A stretch of DNA of 64,000 nt, taken from NCBI GenBank assembly GCA_021613535.1, contig CP075494.1, positions 2,418,001-2,482,000 on the forward strand, written 5' to 3'. Origin of the DNA: Adineta vaga. Taxonomy: Eukaryota > Animalia > Rotifera. Both the position numbers and the translations under genes were made by a program. The notes beneath the pieces are model-generated. The model ran no database searches. It saw nothing but the letters and a program-made list of their open reading frames with translations, and was not told the DNA's origin. This document shows, in pieces, positions 37,926 through 52,060 of the stretch. Positions within the stretch are counted from its first letter, which is position 1. Each line of letters opens with the position of its first letter.

Positions 37926-40900
37926 TTATAAATGTGTTGAAAAACATTGTGTTTGATAATGATTCGTTAATGGGCCAACTAATAAACCATCCGATTTCCA
38001 TTGATTATTTTTATCAAAATAAAAACAATTTGATTGATAAAGTCGAATTTGATAATCTGATGAAAAACTTCTTGGTTGATTTATTTTAAAAAGATTTAGA
38101 GAGACTTTCTCATTACAACAAAATTGATTTATTTCTTCATTTATTGTTAATTCACGAATTCCATAGATAATTGAATGATGATTTAATGTTTGTTGATTAT
38201 CAAGAAAATGAATAAACATTTTCTCATTTGTTAAATCTAATAAAATTATCGAAAAGATTAAATTTTCATAATTGAAAAACTTTTACTTGAGGGACAAAAT
38301 AAAATCCAATTTTCTCTCGAATTTAATTTTGGTTGTCGATCAAATTGATAAATTAATAAATAAGAAATATTTAATTTCAATGAAAAGATTTCAAAATGAA
38401 TCGAAAATTTTTCAGTTAAATTAAATAAATAAAAATGAAATTGAACATTTTGTTTCTTAATTTCCGTTACATTTTGATAAAACATTGATGAAATCAAATA
38501 TTTCGGAGCACGAGGAATAAAAAATTCCATTCGATTTGAAAAATTCGTTTTCATTTCAATATTATTTTCATTTTCATCAAGAATTGATAATGAAAATAAT
38601 TGAGAGAAATTTGTATAGAGTTGATCAGAATTATTTCCAAATGAAGCCAATGATCGTTTGATTATCCGAAGAAGACAAGTTGAATTCAATTGGATTAAAT
38701 TTAATGGAAAATGAATTTCAGACTCATTTAATCGATGAGAAATGAATGAAGATTCGATTTTTTCTAATGTAAATAAAATAGATGATGAATTTACGATGAA
38801 TTGTTGATTTAAATATAAATGAATATGTAAAATTGATGTTGCAGATGATATTATATCATTTATTTCATGTGTTATTTCGTTTGCCTATAAAAGAATTTGC
38901 ATTAGAGATAAGTTTCATGAGAAATTCTTTATTTTTTTACTATTTGTTTTTGATAATTAAAATTTTGAAAATAAAGTTCATTTTCATCTGAAAAGATTTG
39001 ACTTGATTCAATTAGATCAGCTTGTAGAACTTCCATACGATTTTGTAATAGTCCATTGATACTCTAAAAAATCAAATGAATTCAATTACGAATATTAGAA
39101 AAAAAGAATACAGTATGAATATTTGAAACACATTCGAGAATATGTGTAAGAAGAAAAGAGATATCTTCATAAGATAATTGATTCGAAATTAATCGAAGAA
39201 TCGAAGAGAATTGTGAACATTTCTTTAAGGCATTTATCTAAAATATATTATTGAAATAAATCAAAAAAGAAACAATGAAATTTTTGTATTACAGAAGTTT
39301 TTCGTGTTAATTCATTTGGAATTTCAGTTAAAATTGAAAGAATTGATGATTGAATTTGTAAATGATCTAATGTTGTTACATTGAAATGATTGAGAATTTC
39401 AATGAATTCTTCACGGAGATTTGCATTTTGATTTAATAATGTTTGATTTGAAATCTATTTTAATTATTTAGAAATAATATTTGAATATAAATAAAATACA
39501 AACTTTATTTAAGAGTTGAGATATTGAGAAGAGAATTTGATATTGATCTGATGTTGAAAGTTCTTCTTTTAAAATAGAAATCAATGAAGAATTTGATTCG
39601 ATTGTTATTTTCGAGAGAGGAAATTCAGTTTTCGAATGAAATTGATCACGAATTTCAATAATTAAATCAATATTAACAGGTAATCGAAGAGAAATGATTG
39701 AATCTATTGACTGACCCAGTTTTACTCGTTTTTTCGAATCTTTTGTCAAACCTATTCGAAAAAGATCTCATTTATTTTCATTCAAAATCAAAATATTGAA
39801 AATACCATAAATTAAATAATCTTTAATTTCATCTTGATCAAACCAGTTTGTACAATTGATTGTAAATAATGTTAAAACTGTTCCATTTAATGGATTAATC
39901 GAACAAAACCCATTCTTTGGTCCATTATTTACTTTCATATCAAAATGATTTTCAATTCTTTCAGATTCAAATTCATAAATAACTTGAAAACGCCAATATT
40001 CAATTGTTAAAATAAATAAATCACTCATTACAAGTAAATTCGCTGTATTTAATCCTAAAAAGACTCGTATAGAAATTTTCTTTTAAAATCAAGAATTATT
40101 TACCGAAAAATAACGATATTGGTAATGGAGTAAATGAAATCCATTGAATTGTTTTATTTAATGTTCCTTGATAAATATTCCATGTGATTTTTAAAGGTTT
40201 TGAATGATTTCTTGTAGAAAATGATGAAAGTTCTAATTGATTATTTTGATTTATATAATAAATCTCATCTTTTAATGAACAAACTCGTCGAGTGATACAA
40301 CTAAATATAATATCGAAATGATTTGAGAAGAAAAATTGTAAATTTACTTGATGATAATATTTGATGATGTCATATTTACAATTTCAACAAATAAATAAGC
40401 AAAAGATTGAAGAGATGAATTTTGATGATGAATCATTTCTATCAGAAATTGATATGTTTCATTGAATTCGAATGATTTATTGAAAATTGTTAAAGATGAA
40501 TTGTTGATATTATTATAAATCCATTTATCTAAGATTTTAGATTGATTTGTTCGATTTAAATCTTCAATTGTTCGAAATTCTTGAAGATTGATTGAGTAAA
40601 TTCGATAATAATATTTGTAATGCCATTCCTAACAGAAAGATATTTAGAGAGAAAATTTATTAATTAAACTTACATTTCGATTGAATTGAATAGAATCAAG
40701 ATCATAAGAATATTCACCAGGATTAAAAACAAGATTTTCTTCATAATTATGTTCGATGGTTCGTGTTTCATATGAAAGAAAATTAATTACGATATTTGAT
40801 GGAATAATTTCAATTTCAATAAATGATGAAGATTTTATCGTTGGAAAATTAATCATTGTTACTGTTAATTCTAAATGATAAACTCCATAGGTGAGAATTC

Positions 40901-43751
40901 CAGATGGAATGTAAAGATCATTGTTTGAGAAATCAATTTGTTTATCGAATTTCGTTTCATAAATACAGGAGAACGAACAACTAAGAATTTTCCATTCGAT
41001 TAAAATTGATTCTGATTGTTTACATTGATTTTCAATATTTGAACTAATATAAAAATATTGATTATGTCGAAATTTCAATTTCATTCCAGATGGAACAAGT
41101 TGAATAATAGGTGGATTACAATCTTTAAAAAAAATGAATAGGTAAGTTTTTCATTTGAGAGAATTCTCAATAGTATTCTTAACTTATTAGTTTCTTTCAG
41201 TTATGAACTGTTACTAATACTTACTACAATTATTCTTTGCAAAGAAATTTTTGAATCGGAAATTCTGTTCATCAGCAACATACAAATTTCCAGAACTATC
41301 AAAACGAACAGAATATGCCAAAGAAAGTTGATCTGATGCCGATCCCGATATTCCTGTACAACCAACAATACAACGATATTCACTCTTTCTCACTTGAATA
41401 ATACGATGCTTTCGATTATCTGCAATGTATAAGAAACCATCACCGTCCAATATCACATCAGTTGGATAATCTAATATTAGACCATTAGGAAAATTATTTC
41501 CTGCTACTGGTCTTCCATTCATTTCTCCTCGTCGAAAACATTGAATTCGGTTATTTTTCGCATCAGCCACATACAAATCAAAATGAATATCAACGAATAT
41601 TCCCCAAGGTCCATTCAATTGATTTGATTGTGATCCTTGAGAACCAGTTCCTGCTATTCTCATAATTGTTTGATTATTACCATCTAATAACATTTTCTCT
41701 ACTTGATGTTTATCTCGCATGGAACAATAAAGATAATTTTGAATATCGATAAAAAGACCAAAACAGTTTTCTGTGAAGTTGGTCACGAATTGACTCTGTG
41801 TTGAGTTCGGTGTAATTTTATCGATCTGACCTGTTCGATTTCCATTTGCAAAATAAATATCACCATTTAATGTAACAAATAAAGTTGTGTAATCATATAA
41901 TTTTGCATTTAATCGTCGTTGCGGAATGATACTCTGGCCTGAGAAAATGAGAATTTGATTTTTTGAATAATCAGATAAATAAATATTATCTTTGTAATCG
42001 ATAAAAATACCACGAGCTTGGGAGCTTAAACTGTTATTATCAATAAAAGTGATAGCACATTGACTCCACTTTGCGTTTACAATAAGTTTTGGTTGATTAT
42101 TTGAAACTAGAAAAGCAGCATAGAATAGAAAAGATTTCGCATACTAAAGACTGAAGAGTTATGGAACGATAAAAGTTTACAACTGTTCATCGGAGAAATA
42201 TTGGGTTGAGCTCGATAATTAATAGAATTATATAACTTTGAAGTGAGATGACAACATCTAAATTCTGATTTGTTCGTCTATTGAGAAACTTTAGAGGGGG
42301 TTTCTATAAAAAAAAGAGATGTCGAGCGCGAAAGCATTATATTAGAGATTACTAGCACTGCTCATTCGGTATAGTACGGATACTTTTCTTTGAAATCTGG
42401 TACTAAAATAGGCGACAGTTTCTCTTAAAGTCAGGCTACAATTATGTTCTTTAGAACTATTCTTAACATATCATGATTCGTGCGAAATGATCAATTTTTC
42501 GAAAAATAGTGTTTAGAATAAACTAAATCTTCCAAGATCTTAGTTTATAGATAATCTAATATCGAAATAGCGCATTGTGTAGAATAGTTTTTGTTTTAAC
42601 AATTTACATAAAAATCATTAAATTAAATTTTAGTTCTGAACCAAAATAATTCGTTCGAATAAAAAAATGCGCAGCGAAATATTTTTCAAAGTAATTGTTT
42701 TTCTTCGTAAATGTTCTCTAATGACTTGTAAATGAATAAATAATTTGTCGAAAAACTTTTTAACCACTTGTTACAGATAATTAAGTTACTTTTTGATCAT
42801 ATCATAATAAATCAACTTAATACTCAGCAGGGTAGTTCAGAAGTTCAAACTTTTGTATTCGATGATTTCCCTGATCACTAACATAAAGCGAACCAGAACG
42901 ATCGAATGACAAAGATCGAGGCTCTTTCAGTTGAGTTGATTGAACACCTGCTTCTCCTGAACATGCAACAATACATATCCCCAAACTTGAATTAGGAGAC
43001 CATCGTGTCACACGTGAATTTCCATATTCAACAATATACATATACTCATTTTCATCAACAATGATATCTATTGGTGAATTCAGTTGTGTTGATTTACTGC
43101 CTGGTGTACCATCACCAGCCACACGAATTCCAGATGATGCTCCTGATAACCATTTCATGATTCGATGGTTTCCACAATCTGCTATATAAATCACTCCAAC
43201 ATCCTTTACAAATATTCCATATGGTTCATTTAGATGTTGATTGGTTGATCCAAGAAATCCATTGCCGGCCACTCTTGAACCAGTTGATGAATTCGATCGA
43301 AAAACAAATACACTGTGAGAAACGTAACTACTCGCATATATATCTCCATTATTATCGATATAGAAATGTGTTGGGCTTAGTAATCCAGTTATGTGAGACA
43401 ATGTAGTTGGATTTGAACCATTTAGTGACATTTTCTGAACTCGTGGAATGATCAGTTCAAGAACATAGAGTGATGAATTCAAGATGAAAACATCAGATGG
43501 TTGACTGAGTCCAACGAGATTAGTCCCTTGTCCCGAACCGATAGCGAAAGTAGCGATAGAAGAGTCAAGATGAACGATAATTATACGATTATTATATGTA
43601 TCACAAATGTACAGAACATCCTTATCTGTGATTGTTATTCCTCTAGGGTGATGAAGCTCAGAGAGAGATGATCCTGATTGTCCATTTTTGGATCCTATAA
43701 CTGTTATTCCATTTTGATTCCAAGATGCTTGAGATGATAGTTTTAATTTCA
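37926..43751 (-). CDS. Multi-exon NHL-repeat (two beta-propellers) + REJ-like + GAIN/GPS protein, ending at the GPS site; may be damaged
   Basis: NHL exons 43751-42828 and 42106-41225; downstream exons with REJ-like sequence (LVFNPGEYSYDLD, NNGPKNGFCSINPLNG...FTINCTNWFD) and GPS motif CFYFDKNNQWKSDGLLVGPLTNHYQTQCFSTHL*. The 5' signal-peptide exon was not located; the donor after the first NHL exon reads CT instead of GT. Confidence 0.75.
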
Positions 43752-46700
43752 CTGAAACATAAAAAGTTTCAATAAAATTTTCTATCGTTATCAGAAAAGA
43801 TAAAGCTCCAGATTTAATCGTGGTCTTCTAGAGATATTTGAGACAAAACGATGGAAAATGATTTATAATGAACTGCAAGTGAAAGAAACTTATTCAGAAT
43901 TCGATCTTTTGTATCAGAACAAGGAATCGAGTTCTTTGAACGTATTCTATAACTTTAACATAACGAAATAGAATAACTTCGAGAAAGATTTTATATTCTA
44001 TTTAATCTAAGAAAATATCATTTATCGTCAAGATACAATGTAATATATTGATTGAAATCTTTAGAATTACTTGCAGATCCATAATTGATGAACCGAATGA
44101 TCATCCAAAGAACGAAATAATAAAATAATTCCATTTGAAAATATTTTCTTTTACAATATCTTCCGCCAATTTTATTTTGTTAAAATAATATTGTCGATGA
44201 TTATTTTTCTCTTTTTTTGATAAATAAATTTTATTAATAATCGTGACAATCAGAATTGAACGTGTTTTTTCTTCATAATTAAAAACTAACATATTTTTGC
44301 AAATATAATATCAATTTACAAAGTTTATTTTCTATATCAAAATTTCTGCACGAACACAGTTCTCAATAAGAGTCTGGGAAAAAACAACTAAATTGTTCGA
44401 TTAAATATTACTTATGAAATATCGCAATGAGCATTTATGTTAATACTTGATACTTTTATTTCTTGACAAAATGAAATTTTCTTTTTTTTTCGATAAGATC
44501 TTTAAGTTAATAGAATTTAATTAATTTTGTTTATACGAAAAATTTTCTAAATAGGATTGAAATCTGATTATCATATGTGAATTTATTTTTAAAAAAATAT
44601 TAGTTTTATGTAAAAGAAGAACATGTATAGAGGATAGAATAACAATCGGATAGAGACAGAGAAAAACACATTCTCGGATGATTTTTAGTGAGTTAATTGT
44701 TCTTTAGAGAAAAACATTTATGAAATGGCAATGAAATATTTTATTTTCATGATATTAATCAATGGAATATCAAGTAAATATTAAAAGATTTCGTGTAGAA
44801 AAGATAAAACAATATAAAATATTTAGTATGAAAATTTTTAATATTTTTCATTCAAATTTATATAAACATCAGAAAATAAGACATTTTTATTGGAAATTTT
44901 TCAATTTGATAATTCTTAAAGATAGTTTTTACCCCAGAATATGAATTTATTATTTATTAAAACGAAAATTCAATTATTCTTTTATTTTGAAATGTTAGTG
45001 AATTGTTTCAAATTAGTATGTCATATCAAATAGAATACATAAATTTTACTTTTATTAGAATCATTGAATGAAAACTATGATAATTTTACCATTTTTGCAG
45101 TGAAATTAAAATTATCATCTCAAGCATCTTGGAATCAAAATGGAATAACAGTTATAGGATCCAAAAATGGACAATCAGGATCATCTCTCTCTGAGCTTCA
45201 TCACCCTAGAGGAATAACAATCACAGATAAGGATGTTCTGTACATTTGTGATACATATAATAATCGTATAATTGTCGTTCATCTTGACTCTTCTATCGCT
45301 ACTTTCGCTATCGGTTCGGGACAAGGGACTAATCTCGTTGGACTCAGTCAACCATCTGATGTTTTCATCTTGAATTCATCACTCTATGTTCTTCAACTGA
45401 TCATTCCACGAGTTCAGAAAATGTCACTAAATGGTTCAAATCCAACTACATTGTCTCACATAACTGGATTACTAAGCCCAACACATTTCTATATCGATAA
45501 TAATGGAGATATATATGCGAGTAGTTACGTTTCTCACAGTGTATTTGTTTTTCGATCGAATTCATCAACTGGTTCAAGAGTGGCCGGCAATGGATTTCTT
45601 GGATTAACCAATCAACAACTAAATGAACCATATGGAATATTTGTAAAGGATGTTGGAGTGATTTATATAGCAGATTATAGAAACCATCGAATCATGAAAT
45701 GGTTATCAGGAGCATCATCTGGAATTCGTGTGGCTGGTGATGGTACACCAGGCAGTAAATCAACACAACTGAATTCACCAATAGATATCATTGTTGATGA
45801 AAATGAGTATATGTATATTGTTGAATATGGAAATTCACGTGTGACACGATGGTCTCCTAATTCAAGTTCGGGAATATGTATTGTTGCATGTTCAGGAGAA
45901 GCAGGTGTTCGATCAACTCAACTGAAAGAGCCTCGATCTTTGTCATTCGATCGTTCTGGTTCGCTGTATGTTAGTGATCAGGGAAATCATCGAATACAAA
46001 AGTTTGAACTTCTGAACTACCCTGGTGAGTATTGAGCTTTTTTTTTTGCTAATCAATAATATCTTCATGAGTTGAATTCATAATTAAATGAAATGGGAGA
46101 CAACAAACATAAGTAAAACTTTCTCTTGTCACTAAAGAAAATTGTATTTACTATAATAACTAACAGTTGTTTTATCATTCAGATGAATGTTCTTAATCAT
46201 TTTCTAAATCATTAGTATAGGGTTCGTATATCTTCATTATATTGTTTTCTGTCAAACTACGCAAAAATAAGTTCATTAACAAAGCACTGATTTTATTTTG
46301 TACATCGTATTCATATTTAGTTTCAAATAATCAACCAAAACTTATTGTAAACGCAAAGTGGAGTCAATGTGCTATCACTCTTATTGATAATAACAGGTTA
46401 AGCTCCGAAGCTCCTGGTATTTTTATCGATTACAAAGATAATATTTATTTGTCTGATTATTCAAAAAATCAAATTCTCATTTTCTCAAATCAAAGTATCA
46501 TTTCAGAACAACGATTAAATGCAATAATATTTAACTGTACAACTTTATATGTTACATTAAATGGTGATATTTATTTTGCAAATGGAAATCGAACAGGTCA
46601 GATCGATAAAATTACACCGAACTCAACACAGAGTCAATTCGTGACCAACTTCACAGAAAACTGTTTTGGTCTTTTTATTGATATTCAAAATTATCTTTAT

Positions 46701-47205
46701 TGTTCCATGCGAGATAAACATCAAGTAGAGAAAATATTATTAGATGGTAATAATCAAACAATTATGAGAATAGCAGGAACTGGTTCTCAAGGATCACAAT
46801 CAAATCAATTGAATGGACCTTGGGGAATATTCGTTGATATTCATTTTGATTTGTATGTGGCTGATGCGAAAAATAACCGAATTCAATGTTTTCGACGAGG
46901 AGAAATGAATGGAAGATCAGTAGCAGGAAATAATTTTCCTAATGGTCTAATATTAGATTATCCAACTGATGTGATATTGGACGGTGATGGTTTCTTATAC
47001 ATTGCAGATAATCGAAAGCATCGTATTATTCAAGTGAGAAAGAGTGAATATCGTTGTATTGTTGGTTGTACAGGAATATCGGGATCGGCATCAGATCAAC
47101 TTTCTTTGGCATATTCTGTTCGTTTTGATAGTTCTGGAAATTTGTATGTTGCTGATGAACAGAATTTCCGATTGCAAAAATTCTCTTTGGCAAAGAATAA
47201 TTGTA
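41225..47205. repeat. Inverted duplication restricted to two exons (42828-43751 vs 45101-46024; 41225-42106 vs 46321-47205)
   Basis: Track proteins 42817..43752 and 45064..46035 differ at only a handful of residues; similarity starts at the splice acceptors and is lost a few bases into the introns. Confidence 0.92.
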
Positions 47206-48260
47206 GTAAGTCTCTCAATAAATTCTAATCATAAGAATGGGACGATCAAAATCAATTCCCTAAATAAACTCTTCCTTATAAATACATTTATTATATCATA
47301 GGAATAATTGAAACAACTTCTATATCAACTAGTGAAACATCAACAACAAATTTATTCGAAACTTCTGAACATCGTAAGTAAAACTACAAATCTCTTGACA
47401 AATGAAAAAGAAAAACTAATGAATTTAGATGAATTGACGACAACATCTGAATATCGAAGTATGTCAATAATATTTTCTAAAATTAACCTTCAACTTTCTT
47501 CATTTCTAAGATAATTCTACATCATTATTGTTCATTGCATCTTCATGTGGAAATTCCACAAAGATTGGTTTGAATTGTGATACAAATGGAACTATTTGTG
47601 ATATTCAATCTCCGTGTTTAAACAATGGAACTTGTCACAATTTGAATAATAATCAGGATTATAATTGTTCATGTCCATTTGGTTACTTTGGTAAACAATG
47701 CGAAATTGATCGACGTATTTGTAAAGAAAATACTTGTTTAAATAATGGTAAAACACTTTCTTATTTATAAATAAAGAAGAATAATTATATTTATAGGTAC
47801 TTGTAAAATGACATCAAATTCAACATTTATTTGTAATTGTTCATTTGATTATGAAGGAAAACATTGTGAAAGAAAAATAAATTACTGCGGGAATGTAAAA
47901 TGTTTTAATAAAGGTGTTTGTCGACCATTACTAGGTGGTTATAAATGTGAATGTCTTAGTGGAACTTCGGGAGAATTTTGTGAACAAATCGAAACAAAAC
48001 TTCGTAGTCGCCAAATTGTATCGAAATCATTTGCTTATGTTGCTATTTTAGCAATGATATGTGCAGGATTATTCATAATTATTTTGGATATTCTCAAATA
48101 TTTTCTTGCCATTGATCCAACACGACGAGAATGTGAACGAATTCGACGAGAAAAACAAAGAAAAAAACGCAAACCAGTTATTCAACGATTCGTTTATATC
48201 GACGCAAAAACTGTAATTAAGCGACCACTTTCAACAATAGTTGAAGAAACTTCAATTTAA
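45101..48260 (+). CDS. Multi-exon NHL-repeat + 3 EGF + single TM protein with C-terminal class I PDZ-binding motif
   Basis: NHL exons 45101-46024 and 46321-47205; EGF modules (PCLNNGTCHN...CSCPFGYFGKQC, TCLNNG/TCK...CNCSFDYEGKHC, KCFNKGVC...CECLSGTSGEFC); TM FAYVAILAMICAGLFIIILDIL; ends EETSI*. 5' exon not located. Confidence 0.8.
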
Positions 48261-49613
48261 TTGGTAATAATACGCTTTTTTCGTTGTTATCTATTTATTA
48301 ATGATATGCTTTATTATAAAATAAATTTTTTGACGTCAATATATATTTATATGAAATAATTCTTTTTTTAATTTTCTTCGTCTAAGTTTAAAATCTATCA
48401 AAACGAAATATGTACACTGAAAACTACTTAATAGGTAGATATATAATCAATTTTTAGCTTCATAACACTCAGAGCAATGTCATTAGACTTAACGATAGAT
48501 CTGTTTTTCAATCTACAAAAACTGTTCTTGTTCAATGTAGACCAGACTTCTGTAGAGCTTATCAACAATCTATTAATGAAGTTATAGGTGGATATGCAGG
48601 AGGAATATAGACAGTTACATATAGATTTGGCAGCACAGCGCATTAGACTTTTTCCTTTTTCACAAACATTCTGTATTCATATTATAATGAAAAGAAGTAA
48701 GTATAACTCCCCCTCCTCACCCCTCACAGAGTACAAGGCTTAGTGTCTCACGTGAGAAAAGTTCAAAATACTGTTCCTCCGAAGGTATGGTATTTCATTG
48801 AATTCACGCAGTTTTTTCACTTATATCACTTTTTCGTCTCATAAGACATAAATATAAGAGCTTGTGATAAAGAACTTTTGTTGGCGAATTCGATTATTCG
48901 AAATATCTGCACTGGATAATCAAGAATTCCAAAAAAGTCATGAAAAGGTCAATTAGTGATATGATCGAAGTTTATGAACGACAATATGCTTTATTTAATT
49001 GAAAGAATAAATGTTTTGATTCAGTTTACGATCTGCGTAACAATGAGGATTCTATAATCATTCAATTCTTTATTATTATTATCAACATCGGATTGAACAA
49101 GATCCAAAGGGATGCAGGTGTATTCCAAATGATATCTTGATCCAAAGATCATTTCGTTGCTACAATTCATCAATGTCATCGAACATTTAAACGTAGATTT
49201 AGTGATATTTGCAATATGATTCATTATTGCCGTTATTTAATTTTCGATTTTAACCTACATCGATTGGCTGTTAAACGTCCATCTCATCTTAACTACATAT
49301 ATATTTATCACATGTTCACTTAACTGTTACACAAAATAACAATCACGTTTTTGTTCTAACGACATACAGTGAAATCTTTGGTATATAATTTGTTCTCTAC
49401 GTTATTTTTGAAATAAAAAAGTATTTATTTGTACTAATCGAGAGTGGCAAAAATTTAAAAAAAAAACAGAAAATATGAACATAAACGGTATATTTATTTA
49501 TTTATTTTTTGTCCTTCAACAAGTGTAGATGCGCTCTGAATTCTCACTATATGGTATAAGATTATTTGTCGTTCTTTTAATTGACACAAATATTATACGA
49601 GATATCAATGTTA

Positions 49614-50630
49614 TTAATTACGTCGAAATGTAATGTTTCGAATCAATGTGTTGATAAAACTAAACAATGTTTGTCGATACACTTGTCCTCCACTTAATGT
49701 ATAAATATAGAAGGGCATTCCAGATGCAATAAAGATAAAAAGAAGAAATAAATTAAAGATAAAGTTTTCAATAGTATTTTGTAATGTTGATTTCACATTA
49801 TTTCTTGTTATTGTTGAATAAAGCTTCGAAATCGATAGCGGAAAAGTGAATACGAGAAGAACCAGAACTTGAACAAACAGCATTATTAATAAATGACGAT
49901 CCATTTTTCTTTGTTGAGCCTGATGTACACTACTAATTGTTGTCGTATGCTGAGCAGCAAGACTGTCAACTGTAATCGATGTTTGTTGTACACGAGCTCG
50001 TGACTGACGTATATTTGATATGATCATTAGACCAAATATTAACATAAGACACAATGGAGATAGAATAGTAATCAAAGCAAAGCATAAATCTGATATAATA
50101 GCACATATTACTGTTTTTGAATAACATTTTAATGGGGTATTAGTAAGATTAGCTTCAAAACAAATGAATTGTTGTATTTGAATAAGAGATGATAGAATAA
50201 TAATGATAATTGCACCACGTTGAGCATTCTTCAAAGTACTCATTCGTCGTCGGTTAGCATTGATACTTGAAGAAAGCCATCGATCAATTGTAGCAAGTAG
50301 AATTAACCAAAATGCAATAGTAGTCGAGTCGAAAACAACAAAGGCTCGAAATTTACAAAGAAATTGATTTGTATTTGTTAGATCAGCTTCCCATGTAGAT
50401 AAAAATCGTGAAATAATACCAGAAAGAATAGTAATTAGAAAGGAAATTGATGAAATGAGAAAAAGCCATGTACAAGGATTTAAACGAAGAGGTTTCCGTG
50501 AAAGAACGAGAATATTACAAATATTTCCAATGAATCCAAAAAGAAGGATAAAAATTGCAAAATAACGATTGATTTCAGTAGAAATAATATTTAATACAGC
50601 GATAAGATCTGTGTCTGATGACGATGACAT
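49614..50630 (-). CDS. Orphan class A GPCR, single exon; paralogue of 4977..5978
   Basis: 338 aa, GN in TM1, DRWL, MPFYIYTLSGG; shares MSSSS, INRY, ADLT, STLKNAQRG with the 4977 gene. Confidence 0.92.
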   Translation of the reverse strand: MSSSSDTDLIAVLNIISTEINRYFAIFILLFGFIGNICNILVLSRKPLRLNPCTWLFLISSISFLITILSGIISRFLSTWEADLTNTNQFLCKFRAFVVFDSTTIAFWLILLATIDRWLSSSINANRRRMSTLKNAQRGAIIIIILSSLIQIQQFICFEANLTNTPLKCYSKTVICAIISDLCFALITILSPLCLMLIFGLMIISNIRQSRARVQQTSITVDSLAAQHTTTISSVHQAQQRKMDRHLLIMLFVQVLVLLVFTFPLSISKLYSTITRNNVKSTLQNTIENFIFNLFLLFIFIASGMPFYIYTLSGGQVYRQTLFSFINTLIRNITFRRN

Positions 50631-51604
50631 TACTTTACTAAACCAATAGTTTTCATAAAATAAAAGTTATACAATATTATTTCTATTTCTAAATATCTGC
50701 GTCATAATATTTCAATACTTCATTAATCACAGTAGTTGTTTACAATTCAATATAATTGACTAATTCATAGTAAAATTCCTGCTGATATCCTGATGTTGAA
50801 TTTTTTCTTCATATTCTAGGTTATGTTTGATATTTCTTTTTTAAACTTTCAGTTTATAATTCAAAAAGTTCATAAATAGAAAACAACTTGCTTGTTGTAC
50901 TGATTCATCTGAAAATTAGAAATATAAAAGGAACAAAAGAGAAGATTTTCATTTATATGATTTTTCCATTATTGTCGTTTATGAATCATTGATAGATCAT
51001 CTGATGTAAAATGATAAATTACATACAGCTTGATTCCAGTACGATCAGTCATAATTTTCGAACATGTAATTGCACTCGGATATATTTTAGACTAGATCAT
51101 TTCCAATTTGATAATTCTTTATTTATTTGATAAATGGTGTCATAGCTACATTCGGACTTCTAATTTGTACTGAACAGCAATCGGATAATGTTTCACTCTG
51201 TATGATTCATAAAATCATATTCTTTCATAATGTAGAGTGATAGGTACAACAATGAAGAAAAAAAGAAAGAGCGAACTATTAGTCATTTTATTCACCATGT
51301 TTTTGTCATGTACATTGAAAAATATATTAAAAAAGTTTTTGGTAAGTAAGTGAGTATCATTTCGTGATAGGCGTAATAAGTACAATAGAAGGGAAAACAT
51401 CTGTTCTATCTCATGAAATCTTTTTATTTGTAATTTTATGGACTACTTAAACACTGATTTACGCACTCTGTTCACAATCTGAAGGATGACATGAGCTTGA
51501 ATGGATATTATTCGAGTTTCTCTTTGTAAATACAATCAGTTGGATATCCCATATTGCACTTGTATTGATTAGTATTGCTTGTATATATTTATCGCTTCGT
51601 TTAG

Positions 51605-52060
51605 GTTTTTAGTATGGCCAATTCCATGCATCATATCTCAACAAACAAATTCAACCAGGATGTCTAGTTCATGGATGGAAGAATTTTCGCGAGAGCTCTT
51701 CCGGTCAAGTTGCATATAGGATAATGGGAAAACATAATATGTTTCACACCTCCACTGAGTTCCTTCTGAGTGATTCCAATGGAAACGAGCTTTTGTGTGC
51801 TGAGAAATCTAGAAGTGCCAAGTATGATGTATTTTCATCAATACATGGTGGTTATATCGCCACTATAGCTCAATACTTAGGCATACACACTGTTAAGGAT
51901 GAATCATACTCTGTGACCGATGTTAGAGGTGAGAAGGAAAAATAATTCACGGTTGTGCGTGAGAACGATCAACGCGAGTATCGACCATTGGCACTGTTGA
52001 TCTATGCACTCCAAGACATGTGGTACTTCCTCTTTATCTTTTCGCCAGCTGTTTTGTCCG
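51605..52060 (+). pseudogene. Possible LURP-one/Tubby-C (scramblase-like) family fragment
   Basis: After an acceptor-like tttag at 51604 the frame reads ...QVAYRIMGKHNMFHTSTEFLLSDSNGNELLCAEK...GGYIATIAQ...EKEK*FTVVRENDQREYRPLALLIYALQDM, with an in-frame TAA at 51943-51945. Confidence 0.35.

Noticed and set aside
48430-48650. Coding-like fragment (…QCRPDFCRAYQQSINEVIGGYAGGI*)
   Set aside because: No start or splice context and no recognisable domain.
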